This document shows, one piece after another, positions 1-10,060 of a stretch of DNA of 64,000 nucleotides. A model generated the notes under the pieces. That model was not told the DNA's origin. It did not search any database and was given only the letters and a program-made list of their open reading frames with translations. The position numbers and the translations under genes are program-made. Origin of the DNA: Candidatus Poseidoniaceae archaeon (GTDB lineage Archaea > Thermoplasmatota > Poseidoniia > Poseidoniales > Poseidoniaceae); contig CBFHXB010000013.1 in the NCBI GenBank assembly GCA_965659685.1, positions 215-64,214 on the forward strand, given 5' to 3'. Every line of letters starts with the position of its first letter. Within the stretch, counting starts at the first letter, position 1.

Positions 1-79
1 ACCACCTGAGGCCTGTGTTCCAATTCCAATAACCCTTCTTCTTCCGTTTCTTGCCGGCTGATTCTGCTGTCTCAGTCAT
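1..79 (-). CDS. possible 5' end of a gene running off the window edge (MTETAESAGKKRKKKGYW...)
   Basis: ATG at 79 with an open frame to position 1, preceded by AT-rich sequence. Too short to identify. Confidence 0.3.
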   Translation of the reverse strand, partial: MTETAESAGKKRKKKGYWNWNTGLRW

Positions 80-219
80 TCTTTGGCCGCTTACGCATCA
101 TCTAATCAATCTATCAGTATAGACGAGGGAAACTTCCCAAGGCGGACGTTGCGGATGCGTCTCAACCCATACGGGTGCGGAGTCCAACCTCCACGATGGC
201 CAGCGGAACAATTTCTTGC

Positions 220-570
220 TCAGTTGTCTTGACCGACGAGCGTGTAATCCTCGCTCAGCGGGGTCGCACCGGTTTCCATGCGGACGATCTTGCCGTCTTT
301 GAAGCGGGCGAAGGAGAGGACCGCTTCGGAAGCGGAGCCGTTGGCGAAGTGGGCGACGCTGTGCATCACGCCGACCTCGTCGTTCTCGTAGAGGACGCGC
401 TCGTGCTCGCCGCGCACCATGTCGTTGCCGACGAAGCCGACCAGGTCGGACTTGCCCATGGTCACGCCACCGACGTGCGGGTCGAAGACGAAGTCGTCGT
501 GAATCAATTCAGCAATCGCTTCTGCGTTTCCGCTGCTCCAGGCGTCGATGTAGGCTTGCAAGAGTCCCAT
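220..570 (-). CDS. NTF2/SnoaL-like fold protein
   Basis: About 116 aa from MGLLQAYIDAWSSGNAEAIAELIHDDFVF to RFKDGKIVRM, a typical SnoaL-like pattern. Start moved to ATG 570. Confidence 0.7.
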   Translation of the reverse strand: MGLLQAYIDAWSSGNAEAIAELIHDDFVFDPHVGGVTMGKSDLVGFVGNDMVRGEHERVLYENDEVGVMHSVAHFANGSASEAVLSFARFKDGKIVRMETGATPLSEDYTLVGQDN

Positions 571-613
571 GGCAGTCCGTGGAACCGGCGGGATATCAAC
601 CGTGCTATGGTGG

Positions 614-1813
614 TCAGTCGTCCCTGTACGCGTCCTTCGCGGCACCCACGTCCGCCTTGCGCAGTTCGGCCAACTGACGCAAGGCTTCCATGGCGACCTG
701 CGGATCGTCGCTGTTCTCGGCGATGCGCGTGAGCGTCTCGATCATCTTGTCCGAGCCGGCCGAGACCGCATCCAAGCGGGCCTGCTCACGCTCGGCCTCC
801 ATCGCCATGCGTTCGCGCTTGCGCGCTTGGACCTCGTCGAAGAGGCGGGTGGCTTCGGCCACCTTGGCGTCCCGCTTGGCCTGCTCGGGAGCGGCCTGCT
901 CGGCCTGACGTTGGGCTTCCAAGCGGGCCATCTCAACCTGGTGTTGTGCTTCGGCGATCTCTTGGGTGCGCCTTGCGTCGTGCTGCACGCCTTCGGTCGC
1001 AGCGAGTTCTTCCCAGCGTGCGCGCTCCAGCGCGCCCTGAGCGGCGATGCTTGCGCTTGCCTCGGCGTTGGCCATCCTGGCCTGTTGCTCGGCGGCACGG
1101 ACACGGGCGTTGAGGGCCGCTTCCATCTCCGCAGCCGCCGTGGCGTCGAGGATGGCGTTGCGTTCCACAAGATGCTCCAAATCGCGGCGCATCCGCAGCA
1201 CTTCTTGGCTGGCGCTTTCGTTCCACGACATGAAGGAGGATTGTTGCGTCAAACCGTACGACGAAAGGGTCGCACGCATGCGTTGCTCAAGGGTATGCAG
1301 CAAGTCCTCGAGACCGTCACCTCGGCGCAGTTCATCGGCGCCATGGCCGGACATCACGCCACGCAAGTGGGCGATGACTTCGGGGTGGAGCACCCGAGCA
1401 AGCTCGGCGACGGTGATCTCGTGCGCCCCCTTGGCGGGCACCTGCAACAAGCGCGACACGGACTCGCGGGTGAAGGCCACGCGCATGGAGCACAGACCGC
1501 TCAGGACCTGACCGTCTCCGGTGGTGACCTCGACGGGAAAGAGAAGGTCATGGGGCCCAAGGAAGACGAAGAGGAAGGACCGGTTTGGTTGTTCCCGGCC
1601 AAACATTCTGGAGAGCAGCCCAACGTTCGGGTTGACCTCCATGTGCTGCTGGGTGGCCACGCCGGCCACGCGTCCGTCTTCGACGACCACGCAGGCTTCG
1701 TTTGGCTTCAGGGTCACCTCAAGCCCGGCCGGGACGTGATGTCCCATGACGTAGCGTGCAATCACCGTGGGGTTGGTTCGCCATCGAAATCGTGTGTCGC
1801 TCATCGTTCTCAC
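614..1813 (-). CDS. SPFH/band-7-like (YdjI-type) protein with C-terminal Ala/Glu/Arg coiled coil
   Basis: LKPNEACVVVEDGRV beta motif, SPFH-like core and long flotillin-like helical tail. GTGA overlap with the upstream gene; alternative start at 1804. Confidence 0.65.
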   Translation of the reverse strand: MRTMSDTRFRWRTNPTVIARYVMGHHVPAGLEVTLKPNEACVVVEDGRVAGVATQQHMEVNPNVGLLSRMFGREQPNRSFLFVFLGPHDLLFPVEVTTGDGQVLSGLCSMRVAFTRESVSRLLQVPAKGAHEITVAELARVLHPEVIAHLRGVMSGHGADELRRGDGLEDLLHTLEQRMRATLSSYGLTQQSSFMSWNESASQEVLRMRRDLEHLVERNAILDATAAAEMEAALNARVRAAEQQARMANAEASASIAAQGALERARWEELAATEGVQHDARRTQEIAEAQHQVEMARLEAQRQAEQAAPEQAKRDAKVAEATRLFDEVQARKRERMAMEAEREQARLDAVSAGSDKMIETLTRIAENSDDPQVAMEALRQLAELRKADVGAAKDAYRDD

Positions 1814-2340
1814 CGTTTCATCAGTCCGTCAATGAACATGCCTCGCTCGCGCAGGTGGTTGCGCGCTCTGCCGATCTTGTCGTGCACGCCGGCACAGGCG
1901 CGCTTGAGGGCTTTGGCCTCGACCTCAGGAGCGCACTGCGCCTCCAGCAAATCGTTGGCCGCTTGGGTGGCCGTGACGAGCATCTTCAGGCTGCGCAGGT
2001 CGTGGTTCACGAGCTTCTTTCGCGCGCCGCGTGGCAGGCGGCCGATGTTGCCGTGGCTGCTGCTCGGCCCGCCTGAAATCGCGAACTGGACGTCCTCGCT
2101 GATGGCGATGAGCGTCGCTTTGCTCCGCTTGGCTTCCGAGGCCGCCTCACGGTGGCCCTCTTCTCTGGCGCGGTCCTCAAACCGCGTCAGGTGATCCTGA
2201 AGCATGACCGTCCTGCGGCGAACTTCCTCGCGGACCGCGAGGTCGGTCTCAAGGAAGCGCGCACGCTCGTACCCTTCGTAGGCCTCAAGCAAGACGCGCA
2301 CGCCGTTGAGCGCGCTCGACAGACTCACCAGCGGTTCCAC
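1810..2340 (-). CDS. conserved all-helical protein, partner of the SPFH gene
   Basis: GYERARFLETDLAVREEV...HDLRSL helical pattern; its stop overlaps the SPFH start. Start uncertain (2328/2340/2427). Confidence 0.6.
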   Translation of the reverse strand: MEPLVSLSSALNGVRVLLEAYEGYERARFLETDLAVREEVRRRTVMLQDHLTRFEDRAREEGHREAASEAKRSKATLIAISEDVQFAISGGPSSSHGNIGRLPRGARKKLVNHDLRSLKMLVTATQAANDLLEAQCAPEVEAKALKRACAGVHDKIGRARNHLRERGMFIDGLMKR

Positions 2341-2457
2341 ACATGAGCATTGATTCAGGAGATAGAAAACACCTCCCCTTCCACGGACGGAAACGAGGCG
2401 GTCACCTCGTTCAACGGTCGTGAACATTCATGGGTTGCTGGAGTTCAAGGGGAAACG

Positions 2458-3003
2458 ATGGACACGGCCACGCACGCCATCCTCGGCCTGATCATCGGCG
2501 AGTGTGCGCCAAAGGACGTCAAGCACCGTCGCAAGATCGGCCTTGGCTTCGGGATGCTCCCCGACCTGACGAACATCATCTTCGTCCACCCGTATCTTGG
2601 GTGGGTCGCTGAACGGACGATTCCTTTCGCCGTGCCGCGTGACTTCCTGACGCACCCGGAGGTGCTCAACCATTGGACCTACCACAGTTGGTTGCTGACC
2701 CACAGCCTGCTGTTCTGGGCTTTGGTGTTCTTGCCCATGTGGCGACGCAGCAAGGGGCACAAAGTGGCGGCCTTGGCCTATGCCGCTCACCTCGTCGCTG
2801 ACCTTCCGTCGCACAGCGGCATTTACGGCCTTGAACCGCTCTATCCAATTCGCTTCGTCTTTTCAGGTTGGTTTGACGCCTGGTTGTGGCCTCCGACGCC
2901 CATCATCGCGAGCATCGTCGTGGCTCTTCTGTCGTACGCGGCCACTCGTCGATTGCGCGAGCGCATCCTGTGGCCGTCTGAACGAAAGCCGGTTGGTGCG
3001 TGA
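2458..3003 (+). CDS. membrane-bound metal-dependent hydrolase (YdjM-like)
   Basis: MDTATHA, LPDL, THSLL, HLVAD and PLYP motifs with hydrophobic segments. Confidence 0.8.
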   Translation: MDTATHAILGLIIGECAPKDVKHRRKIGLGFGMLPDLTNIIFVHPYLGWVAERTIPFAVPRDFLTHPEVLNHWTYHSWLLTHSLLFWALVFLPMWRRSKGHKVAALAYAAHLVADLPSHSGIYGLEPLYPIRFVFSGWFDAWLWPPTPIIASIVVALLSYAATRRLRERILWPSERKPVGA

Positions 3004-3008
3004 AAAGG

Positions 3009-3647
3009 TCACTGTTTTTCGGACCACGTCTTGGTCCTTGCAAACATGAGGAGGGACACGATGGCTGCCACTTCGGCGGCCTTGGTCGTGAGGCCGATGG
3101 TGTCCTGAAAGAAGGATCCGCCATGGCTTGAGGCAAAGTACGCCAGGAACATGCCGGTCAGAAGCAATGCCAGCCCGACCCGGGCCAAGGTGGCTTTGGA
3201 TTCCTCAATGTTCATGACCACAGGAGCCGCAAGCAAGCCAACCACACCAAGTCCACCCAACAGGAGGAGCGTATCTTGGAGCCCCAAAAGGACATGAACC
3301 ACCCCAGAGTACAATGCGAAGCCAATCACGTGCGGTGGATAGAGCATGATGGACTCGGACCACTTGAGCCAGACGAAAAGGAAGGTCAGCGAAGATACAG
3401 CATAGGCGATGGCCATCACGGTGGTGTGGTCGAGGGGTTCGGCTGAATTCGCATGGTCGTCGTCCATGCCACCCTGATCGTCGTTCTCTTCGTCTTCATC
3501 GGGTTTTTCCACACCATGTGCGGAGGCGAACGGCAGAAGCATCAGGGCAAAGCAGACCAGCAGCACCCATCGTCGTCCTGAGGAGGAACGAGGTGCGCGA
3601 CGAGAACGGTGTGGTGGGGTCGGGGCCTCTTGACGTGGCTGCCTCAT
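3009..3647 (-). CDS. hypothetical multi-pass membrane protein with signal peptide and acidic/His linker
   Basis: Signal-like LLVCFALMLLPFASA-HG, acidic stretch and about 5 TM segments. Start estimated. Confidence 0.6.
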   Translation of the reverse strand: MRQPRQEAPTPPHRSRRAPRSSSGRRWVLLVCFALMLLPFASAHGVEKPDEDEENDDQGGMDDDHANSAEPLDHTTVMAIAYAVSSLTFLFVWLKWSESIMLYPPHVIGFALYSGVVHVLLGLQDTLLLLGGLGVVGLLAAPVVMNIEESKATLARVGLALLLTGMFLAYFASSHGGSFFQDTIGLTTKAAEVAAIVSLLMFARTKTWSEKQ

Positions 3648-3732
3648 TGTCCAACCATTGTCGGAATTTGAACATAAAGATGGCTTTTGAACCACATCAG
3701 GAAAGATGGAGAAGCCAAAGCATGGGGAACGC

Positions 3733-4674
3733 TCATCCGACATGAGCGAACTCCGAAAGGAAGTTCCACATCAGCCGATACGTCTCGGTTCCGTTGACCT
3801 GGTCGGGCCAGCCATGGCCCTGGAATTCGATGCCGTAGTGCTCGATGCGAACGTCCGCTTCACACCCGTGGTGGATGATGTGCTCCAAGGTCAACGTCGA
3901 TTCCCCCGCATCGTCTGTGCACGCCGCACGCACGCTCCAAGCGTCGATCATGCCGGGGATGTTGCTCATTGTCCCCACGCCCTCATGCTCGCCGTCTTTC
4001 CAATCCCAATCGTCGTCGTAGTCGATGATCATGTCCAGTTTACCGTGCACGTGCATGACCGCCATGTTCCCCACAAGATCGCACGTTTCCGGTGCTACAG
4101 GCATCGTTCCAGCGAACGAAGCGACTGCGGCAAAGCGGTGGTTCAGTTGACACGCCACCTCATAGGTGAACATGGATCCGAGGGAATATCCGATGGCGTA
4201 GAGCCGTGTGTCATCGATGCAGTACTGCTCATCAAGGGCGTCCACGATGGCCTCTGCGAAGTTGTTGTCCTCACGCGAGGTGGCTGCGGTGTTGAGGAAC
4301 CATTCTCCCTCTGCCGCGGTTCGGTCGTCTTCGGCAATGGCGTAGGCCATGATGAAGCGCTCTTCTTGGGCGAGGGCATCAAACTCATTTTGCTGCGGGA
4401 AGTCTTCCTCAGCTCCACCACCGCCGTGGAAGGCAATGATGATCGGCAACGCGACACCCGCGTCTGCTGCGGGCACCGTCAATCGGTACTGGCGCTCCAC
4501 ACCGTCAACGAGCACGACCGTCATGTTCTGCGTGGTGGCCTCTGCCGGTGCCGTGCACGCACCATACACCTCCTCGACCGCATCCCCGCTGGACTGAACA
4601 CCTCCGCCGTCGCTGCCGAGGCAACCGCTGAGCGGCAGCATCAGCATCAGCAGCACGACACAGACGACGCGCAT
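3733..4674 (-). CDS. secreted lipoprotein esterase, PHB depolymerase/LpqC-like alpha/beta hydrolase
   Basis: LSGCLG lipobox, FHGGGG oxyanion loop, GYSLG nucleophile, HGKLD and GHGWP. Confidence 0.8.
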   Translation of the reverse strand: MRVVCVVLLMLMLPLSGCLGSDGGGVQSSGDAVEEVYGACTAPAEATTQNMTVVLVDGVERQYRLTVPAADAGVALPIIIAFHGGGGAEEDFPQQNEFDALAQEERFIMAYAIAEDDRTAAEGEWFLNTAATSREDNNFAEAIVDALDEQYCIDDTRLYAIGYSLGSMFTYEVACQLNHRFAAVASFAGTMPVAPETCDLVGNMAVMHVHGKLDMIIDYDDDWDWKDGEHEGVGTMSNIPGMIDAWSVRAACTDDAGESTLTLEHIIHHGCEADVRIEHYGIEFQGHGWPDQVNGTETYRLMWNFLSEFAHVG

Positions 4675-4747
4675 GGTGTGCAGACGAGACCTGTGGAGCA
4701 TGTCATTCGATGAGAACAAGCATGAATCAACGTTTCTCTGGACCCAG

Positions 4748-5848
4748 TCACCTGTGCGCGTTGAGGTGAACCACGCCCACTTCCAGCCGCTCATGCGTCG
4801 GGTGAACTTCTACCGCCATGACGGGTACGTCCATCTCGTCCGCGATGGCTTCCGCCGCGGACAAGGGGAATTCGAGGCGCTGGTGCGTCGCGTCCCAGCG
4901 CGCCCAGCGCTCGGCGAGGCCCAAGGCCTCGCGCAGGTCGGCCAGATCGGATTCGGCGTGTTCGGACGGACAGGGGATCGCGCCAAAGAGCAGGGTGTCG
5001 TCCTCAGACAGCACCTCGTAGGGCCGCATGGTGACGGTCGCGCGTCGCTTGAAGCGGTGCCGCAATTGGCCGGCGTCCTTGTAGTGGGCGGTGCAGAACT
5101 TCAGGTGGTAATGCGCCTCGAGGTCCGCTGCCAGGTCCTTCATGGCCTGACCGAGTTCCGCGCTGCCTTCCGCGGCCGCAGACATGCCGCCCGCGAGGTT
5201 GAACCCGCGCACGTCCATGTTGGTCTGGTTGCCCGTGGTGATCTCCAATTCGTTGAGGTTCAGGAAGGCCACAGGCAGGTCGCACAGGTCACGCACGACC
5301 TGCTCCAAGGCCTCGGCCTTGTCCGGCTCACAGGGCAACTCCACACCCGTCGTGATGCCGGCATCGGCTGCGACGGTGATGCTGTTCACGTAATTCGTCG
5401 TGCGCAAATCGAGCAGGTGGAAACGCAACTCGTCCAGCCCGGCCTCGGCCAAGCGACCGGCCACCTCGGCGTCGATGGGAATCGAGGTGTAGAGGTGAAT
5501 GTGGTGATTGGGTCCGAACGCTCCTTTCAATTCGCGAATGGCCTCCAAGGAGCGTTCGAGGTCGAGCATCGGGTCACCGCCCGTGATGCCCGTTCCGGTC
5601 GCGTCCATCGCGCGGCCCTCTTCGATGACCTCTTCCCAGGTGGAGCACCGGCGCTCGTTGGCGAACATGTCGGGCGTCTCGCGGCGGTTTTCCGACAGCG
5701 GGCAGTACGAGCAGCCCCAGTGGCATTTGCCGGTCACAAAGAGCACGAGTTTGCTGCCCGCTTGGCACTGCACGCAGCCCTCGGCTTCGCCCTCCTCGGG
5801 CGGGAGGATTTCCGTGGCCATCGGCAGGTGCACGACCATGCGACTCAC
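4748..5848 (-). CDS. archaeal radical SAM protein (PFL-activating-enzyme related)
   Basis: CHWGCSYC CxxxCxxC motif, GITGGDP and an N-terminal CVQC. GTGA overlap with the pdxT stop. Confidence 0.85.
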   Translation of the reverse strand: MSRMVVHLPMATEILPPEEGEAEGCVQCQAGSKLVLFVTGKCHWGCSYCPLSENRRETPDMFANERRCSTWEEVIEEGRAMDATGTGITGGDPMLDLERSLEAIRELKGAFGPNHHIHLYTSIPIDAEVAGRLAEAGLDELRFHLLDLRTTNYVNSITVAADAGITTGVELPCEPDKAEALEQVVRDLCDLPVAFLNLNELEITTGNQTNMDVRGFNLAGGMSAAAEGSAELGQAMKDLAADLEAHYHLKFCTAHYKDAGQLRHRFKRRATVTMRPYEVLSEDDTLLFGAIPCPSEHAESDLADLREALGLAERWARWDATHQRLEFPLSAAEAIADEMDVPVMAVEVHPTHERLEVGVVHLNAHR

Positions 5849-6531
5849 CGTCCACCCTTCGCGCTTGCGGCCTGAGCGAGCAACCAACGGTGGAAGCGCC
5901 GGTCCTGCGTGAGTTCCGGATGGCAGGTCAACGCCAAGCGGGCGCCGTCGAGCAGGCCCACGGGCTCGCCGTCCAACCGAGCCACGACTTCGCCCCGACG
6001 CGGTTCTGCGGTGAAGCGTGGCGCACGGATGAACACCCCATGCATCGCGTTGCCTGAGGATTCCACCCCTCCGACGGGCAGCGCCGTGTGGCCTTCCAAC
6101 GTGGAGCGGACCTCGTGCATGGCGTTGCGCGGAGCCGGGCACGCGAGGCTGACCTCAAGATCGGCTTCGAAGGAGCGTCGCTGACGCCCCCATCCATTGC
6201 GCTCGACCTCGACGTGCAGGTAAGGCTCACGCTCACCTCCGGGCATCGCCATCAGGATGGCGCCTGCGCACGTGCCCAACACCGGTCGCGTCGGGTTGGC
6301 ATCCATCCATGCAAAAATGGCGTCCAACAATCCGCCCGACGCGGTGGCCAGACGCATGGTCGTTGATTCGCCACCGGGGAGGACCAAAGCATCGAGGTCG
6401 ACGCTGAGGTCGTCCGCACTGCGCAGCGGGTGAACGGTGACCGCTTGGTCGAGTTGCTGGGCAGCGACCTCGAGGGCCTCGCCGTGTTCGTGACGGGCCC
6501 CTTGGACCATCGCCAAACCGATGTGCAGCAC
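5845..6531 (-). CDS. pdxT: pyridoxal 5'-phosphate synthase glutaminase subunit
   Basis: LPGGESTT, GTCAG, RNGWGRQ, FIRAP and HPEL. Start estimated at GTG 6531. Confidence 0.9.
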   Translation of the reverse strand: MLHIGLAMVQGARHEHGEALEVAAQQLDQAVTVHPLRSADDLSVDLDALVLPGGESTTMRLATASGGLLDAIFAWMDANPTRPVLGTCAGAILMAMPGGEREPYLHVEVERNGWGRQRRSFEADLEVSLACPAPRNAMHEVRSTLEGHTALPVGGVESSGNAMHGVFIRAPRFTAEPRRGEVVARLDGEPVGLLDGARLALTCHPELTQDRRFHRWLLAQAASAKGGR

Positions 6532-6624
6532 GCTTTCGCCGAGCCGGGCTGCCCTCAAGAACACGACCGTTGGTTCAGCACCTCCTGTGATGTGTTCAAG
6601 AACCCCATTCAGCATCCTTGAACC

Positions 6625-7809
6625 ATGGCGCACGAAGGCGATTGCTTCCTGGTCCCCGGCCCTGTTCGCATGCATCAATCCTGCTTGGAAGCGATGGCCA
6701 CCCCGGTCATGACCGCACGAGGCTCAGAGTTCCGTGACGTCATGGCACGCCTCAACTCCGGACTCCGCGTGGCTTTCAACCTCAGCCCCTCCGAACCCGT
6801 CCGAGGCACAACGTCGTGGACCGGAGAAGACGGCTACAAGGTCGTGGTCGTGTCTGGATCTGGCACAGCGGCAATGGAGATGGTGATGGCCAACCGCTTC
6901 CGTCCCGGCGACCGTGTCTTGGTCCCCACGAACGGAAAATTCGGTGAGCGCGTGGCCCACATGGCCGATCGATACTGTACCCTGAAGCACATCCAGTACG
7001 AATGGGGGCGCTCCTTTGACCTCTATGAGATCGAAGAAGAACTCGCCAAGGGTTGCTACGAAGGCCTCGCCATTTGCCACAACGAAACCAGCACGGCGAT
7101 CACGCAGGACGCTGCCGCGCTTGCGGAAATGTGCCAGCGTTACGACGTCGCTTTCATCCTCGACGGCATCACCTCGGTCGGTGGCCTTCCGGTTCACCCG
7201 GAAGCATGGGGAGCGGAGGCCGTGGTCATGGGCGCGCAAAAGTGCACCGCTGGACCTTCCGGCATCGCCGCCATTGCGGTCTCAGAACGCTTCGTGGAGC
7301 GCACCAAAACCATCCGTGGTCAAGGCGACAGCAACCCGGTCTACTACCTCGATCTCATTCCTGCGTTCAAGAAAGGCGACGACGATCAGACGCCATGGAC
7401 GCCGGCCATCAACCTCGCCATGGGTTGGGGCGCCGCCCTCGACGTGTTGCGTGAAGAAGGGCTGGAGGCGCGGTGGGAACGCTGCAGAACCATGGCCGAC
7501 GGCGTCCGCCGCTTGTTCACCGACGCTGGATTCCAGCTCCTTGCCGATGCTGGACAGCGCAGCGACACCGTGACCGCCGTCCTCTATCCCGAGGGCATTG
7601 ACGATGCATGGCGCACCCGACTGAAGGAGGTCCACCACACCCAAGTCATCGGAGGCCAAGACGACCTGAAAGGGAAGATGTTCCGCGTCGGATCGATGGG
7701 AGAAACACCCATCGACGAAATGGTGGAAGGCTGCCGCAGGATGTTCGCTTGCTTTGCTGAAATGGGCGTGGACCTCCCTGACCTTGACGTCGCGAGTTAC
7801 TTCGCCTGA
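6625..7809 (+). CDS. class V PLP aminotransferase (serine-pyruvate/alanine-glyoxylate type)
   Basis: PGPV, SGTAAME, HNETST, GAQKC PLP lysine, QTPWTP and FRVGSMG. Confidence 0.9.
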   Translation: MAHEGDCFLVPGPVRMHQSCLEAMATPVMTARGSEFRDVMARLNSGLRVAFNLSPSEPVRGTTSWTGEDGYKVVVVSGSGTAAMEMVMANRFRPGDRVLVPTNGKFGERVAHMADRYCTLKHIQYEWGRSFDLYEIEEELAKGCYEGLAICHNETSTAITQDAAALAEMCQRYDVAFILDGITSVGGLPVHPEAWGAEAVVMGAQKCTAGPSGIAAIAVSERFVERTKTIRGQGDSNPVYYLDLIPAFKKGDDDQTPWTPAINLAMGWGAALDVLREEGLEARWERCRTMADGVRRLFTDAGFQLLADAGQRSDTVTAVLYPEGIDDAWRTRLKEVHHTQVIGGQDDLKGKMFRVGSMGETPIDEMVEGCRRMFACFAEMGVDLPDLDVASYFA

Positions 7810-7857
7810 GCCCAAAACAGGCGCATGGGCTAAACCTCAGAAGGGGCTGCTTTCGCC

Positions 7858-8709
7858 ATGGAGGGCATCCTGCTCGCTCTTTTGTTTGGGGCGGGAGCCT
7901 TCGTGCTCCTTCTTGTTCTTCGCTTGGTCATCGCCGTTCGGAGGTTCAAACTCGAACAGCCTGAAAACGAACGAAACTGGGTGAACGACAACGCAAAACT
8001 GACCCGCGCCCACGTCGACGGCAACACGGTTCGCTTGGAGAACGTTCGAGATTTTTCATGGCGAACCACACAAGATTACGACGAGCGCTGGGTCGAGCGA
8101 ACGGTTCGCTTGGATTTGGTCAGCCGGGTGTGGCTCATCCTCGAATACTTCGAACCCGACAAACCGCAAATCGCTCACACCTTCCTTTCCTTTGAATTCG
8201 AGGACGGTCAACGCCTTGCGTGTTCCATCGAGGTGCGACGCGAGCAAGGCGAGCGCTTTCACCCCTTGAAGGGACTCACGCGCCAGTTCGAGTTGATGTA
8301 CGTCTGGGCCACGGAAGCGGACGCCATCGGCGTGCGCGCCCGATGCCGAAAGCGCTCGGTCACCCACCTGCTCGAGGGGCGTTTTCTCAAGGAGGAAAGC
8401 AAACCTGCCTTGTTGGAATCCTACCTCAAGCGCACGAACGCGCTGGCCGATCGTCCCGAATGGTACAACACCATCACCAACACTTGCACGACCAATTTGG
8501 TGCAACACGTGAACGACATTTACCCCGGCCGGGTCCCCATGGGTTTGGCCTGGTTGCTCCCCGGCCTGTCGCCCGAAATGATGGAACGCGAGCGCCTGAT
8601 CCACATCGACGAAGACCTGGCCACCACGATGGAACGAAGCCGAATCGATGAGCGTGCCCTCGATTGGGACGGCACCGGTGACTTTGGGGATTGGGTCAGA
8701 AGCGCGTGA
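7858..8709 (+). CDS. DUF4105/Lnb-N domain membrane-anchored protein
   Basis: N-terminal TM, NVRDFSW, AHTFLSF, SIEVRRE and YNTITNTCTTN (His/Cys dyad). Confidence 0.8.
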   Translation: MEGILLALLFGAGAFVLLLVLRLVIAVRRFKLEQPENERNWVNDNAKLTRAHVDGNTVRLENVRDFSWRTTQDYDERWVERTVRLDLVSRVWLILEYFEPDKPQIAHTFLSFEFEDGQRLACSIEVRREQGERFHPLKGLTRQFELMYVWATEADAIGVRARCRKRSVTHLLEGRFLKEESKPALLESYLKRTNALADRPEWYNTITNTCTTNLVQHVNDIYPGRVPMGLAWLLPGLSPEMMERERLIHIDEDLATTMERSRIDERALDWDGTGDFGDWVRSA

Positions 8710-8751
8710 CGCCACACGCACGCTCATAGGTCGTGCGTCGAACCCGACGCC

Positions 8752-10050
8752 ATGGAGGACGACGGCAGCCGTCAAATCGGCTACATCGAACTCCTTCGGA
8801 CGTATCCGACCTTTGCGAAGTACTTCTTCGCCAACATCCTGTCCACCACGGGAACATGGTTCACCACGATTGCGCTGTTCGTCCTCGCCGCTGAAGTCTC
8901 GGGTTTGCCCGAGTTGGCGGTCGGTTTGGTGCTGGTCCTGCGGATGTTCGCGCTCGCGCTTCCACAACCCTTCACTGGCATGCTCGCGGACCGGTACAGC
9001 CGCAAGGGCCTGATGATTTTCTCCAACATCGGCTCCGCCATCTGCGCCCTTGCTTTGCTGTTGGTCAACGGACCAGAAGACGTGGTGCTCTACTACGCCA
9101 TGACGGTCATGCTGATGGTGCTGCACGCGGTGTATGTCCCCGCCGAGAACGCGGCCATTCCCAACCTCGTCGGCAAGGGCGAAGCGCTGATGACAGCGAA
9201 CGCGATGAATTCAGCCACGTGGTCCATCGCCCTCGCCGTGGGTGCTTCTGTTGGCGGCTTCGTGGTTGCAGCCTACGGCACGGACACGGCCTTCATCGTC
9301 GACGCAGTGTCCTTTTCCCTCTCTGCGGTGTTCATCAGTCTGCTCACCATTCCCCAAGAGACCAAGAAAGCGGAAGGCTCGATCTTCCGCGAAGGGCTTG
9401 CGCAAATTGTGGACGGCTTCCGCCGCATCCTCAGCACGCCACCCGTGTATCGGATCCTGACCGCCAAGGCCCTGTGGTCCATCGGTGGCGGTGGTCTCGT
9501 GTTCTGCCTCATCATGGTCGGTGAAGAAATCGGCATGGGCGAAGTGGCCGCCGGCATTGGCGTGTTGTTCGCCGCTCGGGGCATCGGTTCTGGCGTCGGC
9601 CCTATCGTCGCCCGAGCGACCTTGCGAGACCGCAAGCGCTGGCCGTTTTACCTTGGTTTCCTGGTTTCGCTGTGCGGCCTCTTCTATGTCCTTGTGGGCT
9701 TGCTGACTTGGACGCCGTGGATCGCCGTGCTCGTCTTGTGCGCCCACGCCTCAAGTGGCGCGAACTGGGTGCTCTCGACCGTGATGCTGCAAGAGCGCAC
9801 CGAAGACGATTGGCGTGGGCGGGTCTTCGCCACGGACTTCCTGCTGATGACCACCACCAACGGCACCTCGTCGCTCGTGGCGGCGCTGCTGATCACCTAC
9901 GGCGACGTGCCCTTGCGGCAACTGATCCTGACCTTCGCGTTGGTGCAAGTGGTCTCGGGCGTCCTCTGGGTGCTGATCACCCGCAAGGGCGAGCAAGCAT
10001 ATTACGTCGCTTCTAATGCCGAACCTTCCCCCCTACATTCGCCATCATAA
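8752..10050 (+). CDS. MFS transporter
   Basis: 12 hydrophobic segments, GMLADRYSRK motif A and RGRVFA. Confidence 0.9.
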   Translation: MEDDGSRQIGYIELLRTYPTFAKYFFANILSTTGTWFTTIALFVLAAEVSGLPELAVGLVLVLRMFALALPQPFTGMLADRYSRKGLMIFSNIGSAICALALLLVNGPEDVVLYYAMTVMLMVLHAVYVPAENAAIPNLVGKGEALMTANAMNSATWSIALAVGASVGGFVVAAYGTDTAFIVDAVSFSLSAVFISLLTIPQETKKAEGSIFREGLAQIVDGFRRILSTPPVYRILTAKALWSIGGGGLVFCLIMVGEEIGMGEVAAGIGVLFAARGIGSGVGPIVARATLRDRKRWPFYLGFLVSLCGLFYVLVGLLTWTPWIAVLVLCAHASSGANWVLSTVMLQERTEDDWRGRVFATDFLLMTTTNGTSSLVAALLITYGDVPLRQLILTFALVQVVSGVLWVLITRKGEQAYYVASNAEPSPLHSPS

Positions 10051-10060
10051 TCTAAAGACA

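Noticed and set aside
569-2194. Long + strand ORF (541 aa) and similar long antisense ORFs (e.g. 12382-13836, 21654-23807, 59867-61300)
   Set aside because: They are shadows of well-supported genes on the opposite strand, expected from GC3 bias, and carry no motifs.
4748-5848. Radical SAM gene as a RiPP maturase or archaeosine pathway enzyme
   Set aside because: No precursor peptide or SPASM motif is present; it looks like a conserved housekeeping-type archaeal radical SAM and is far from tgtA.
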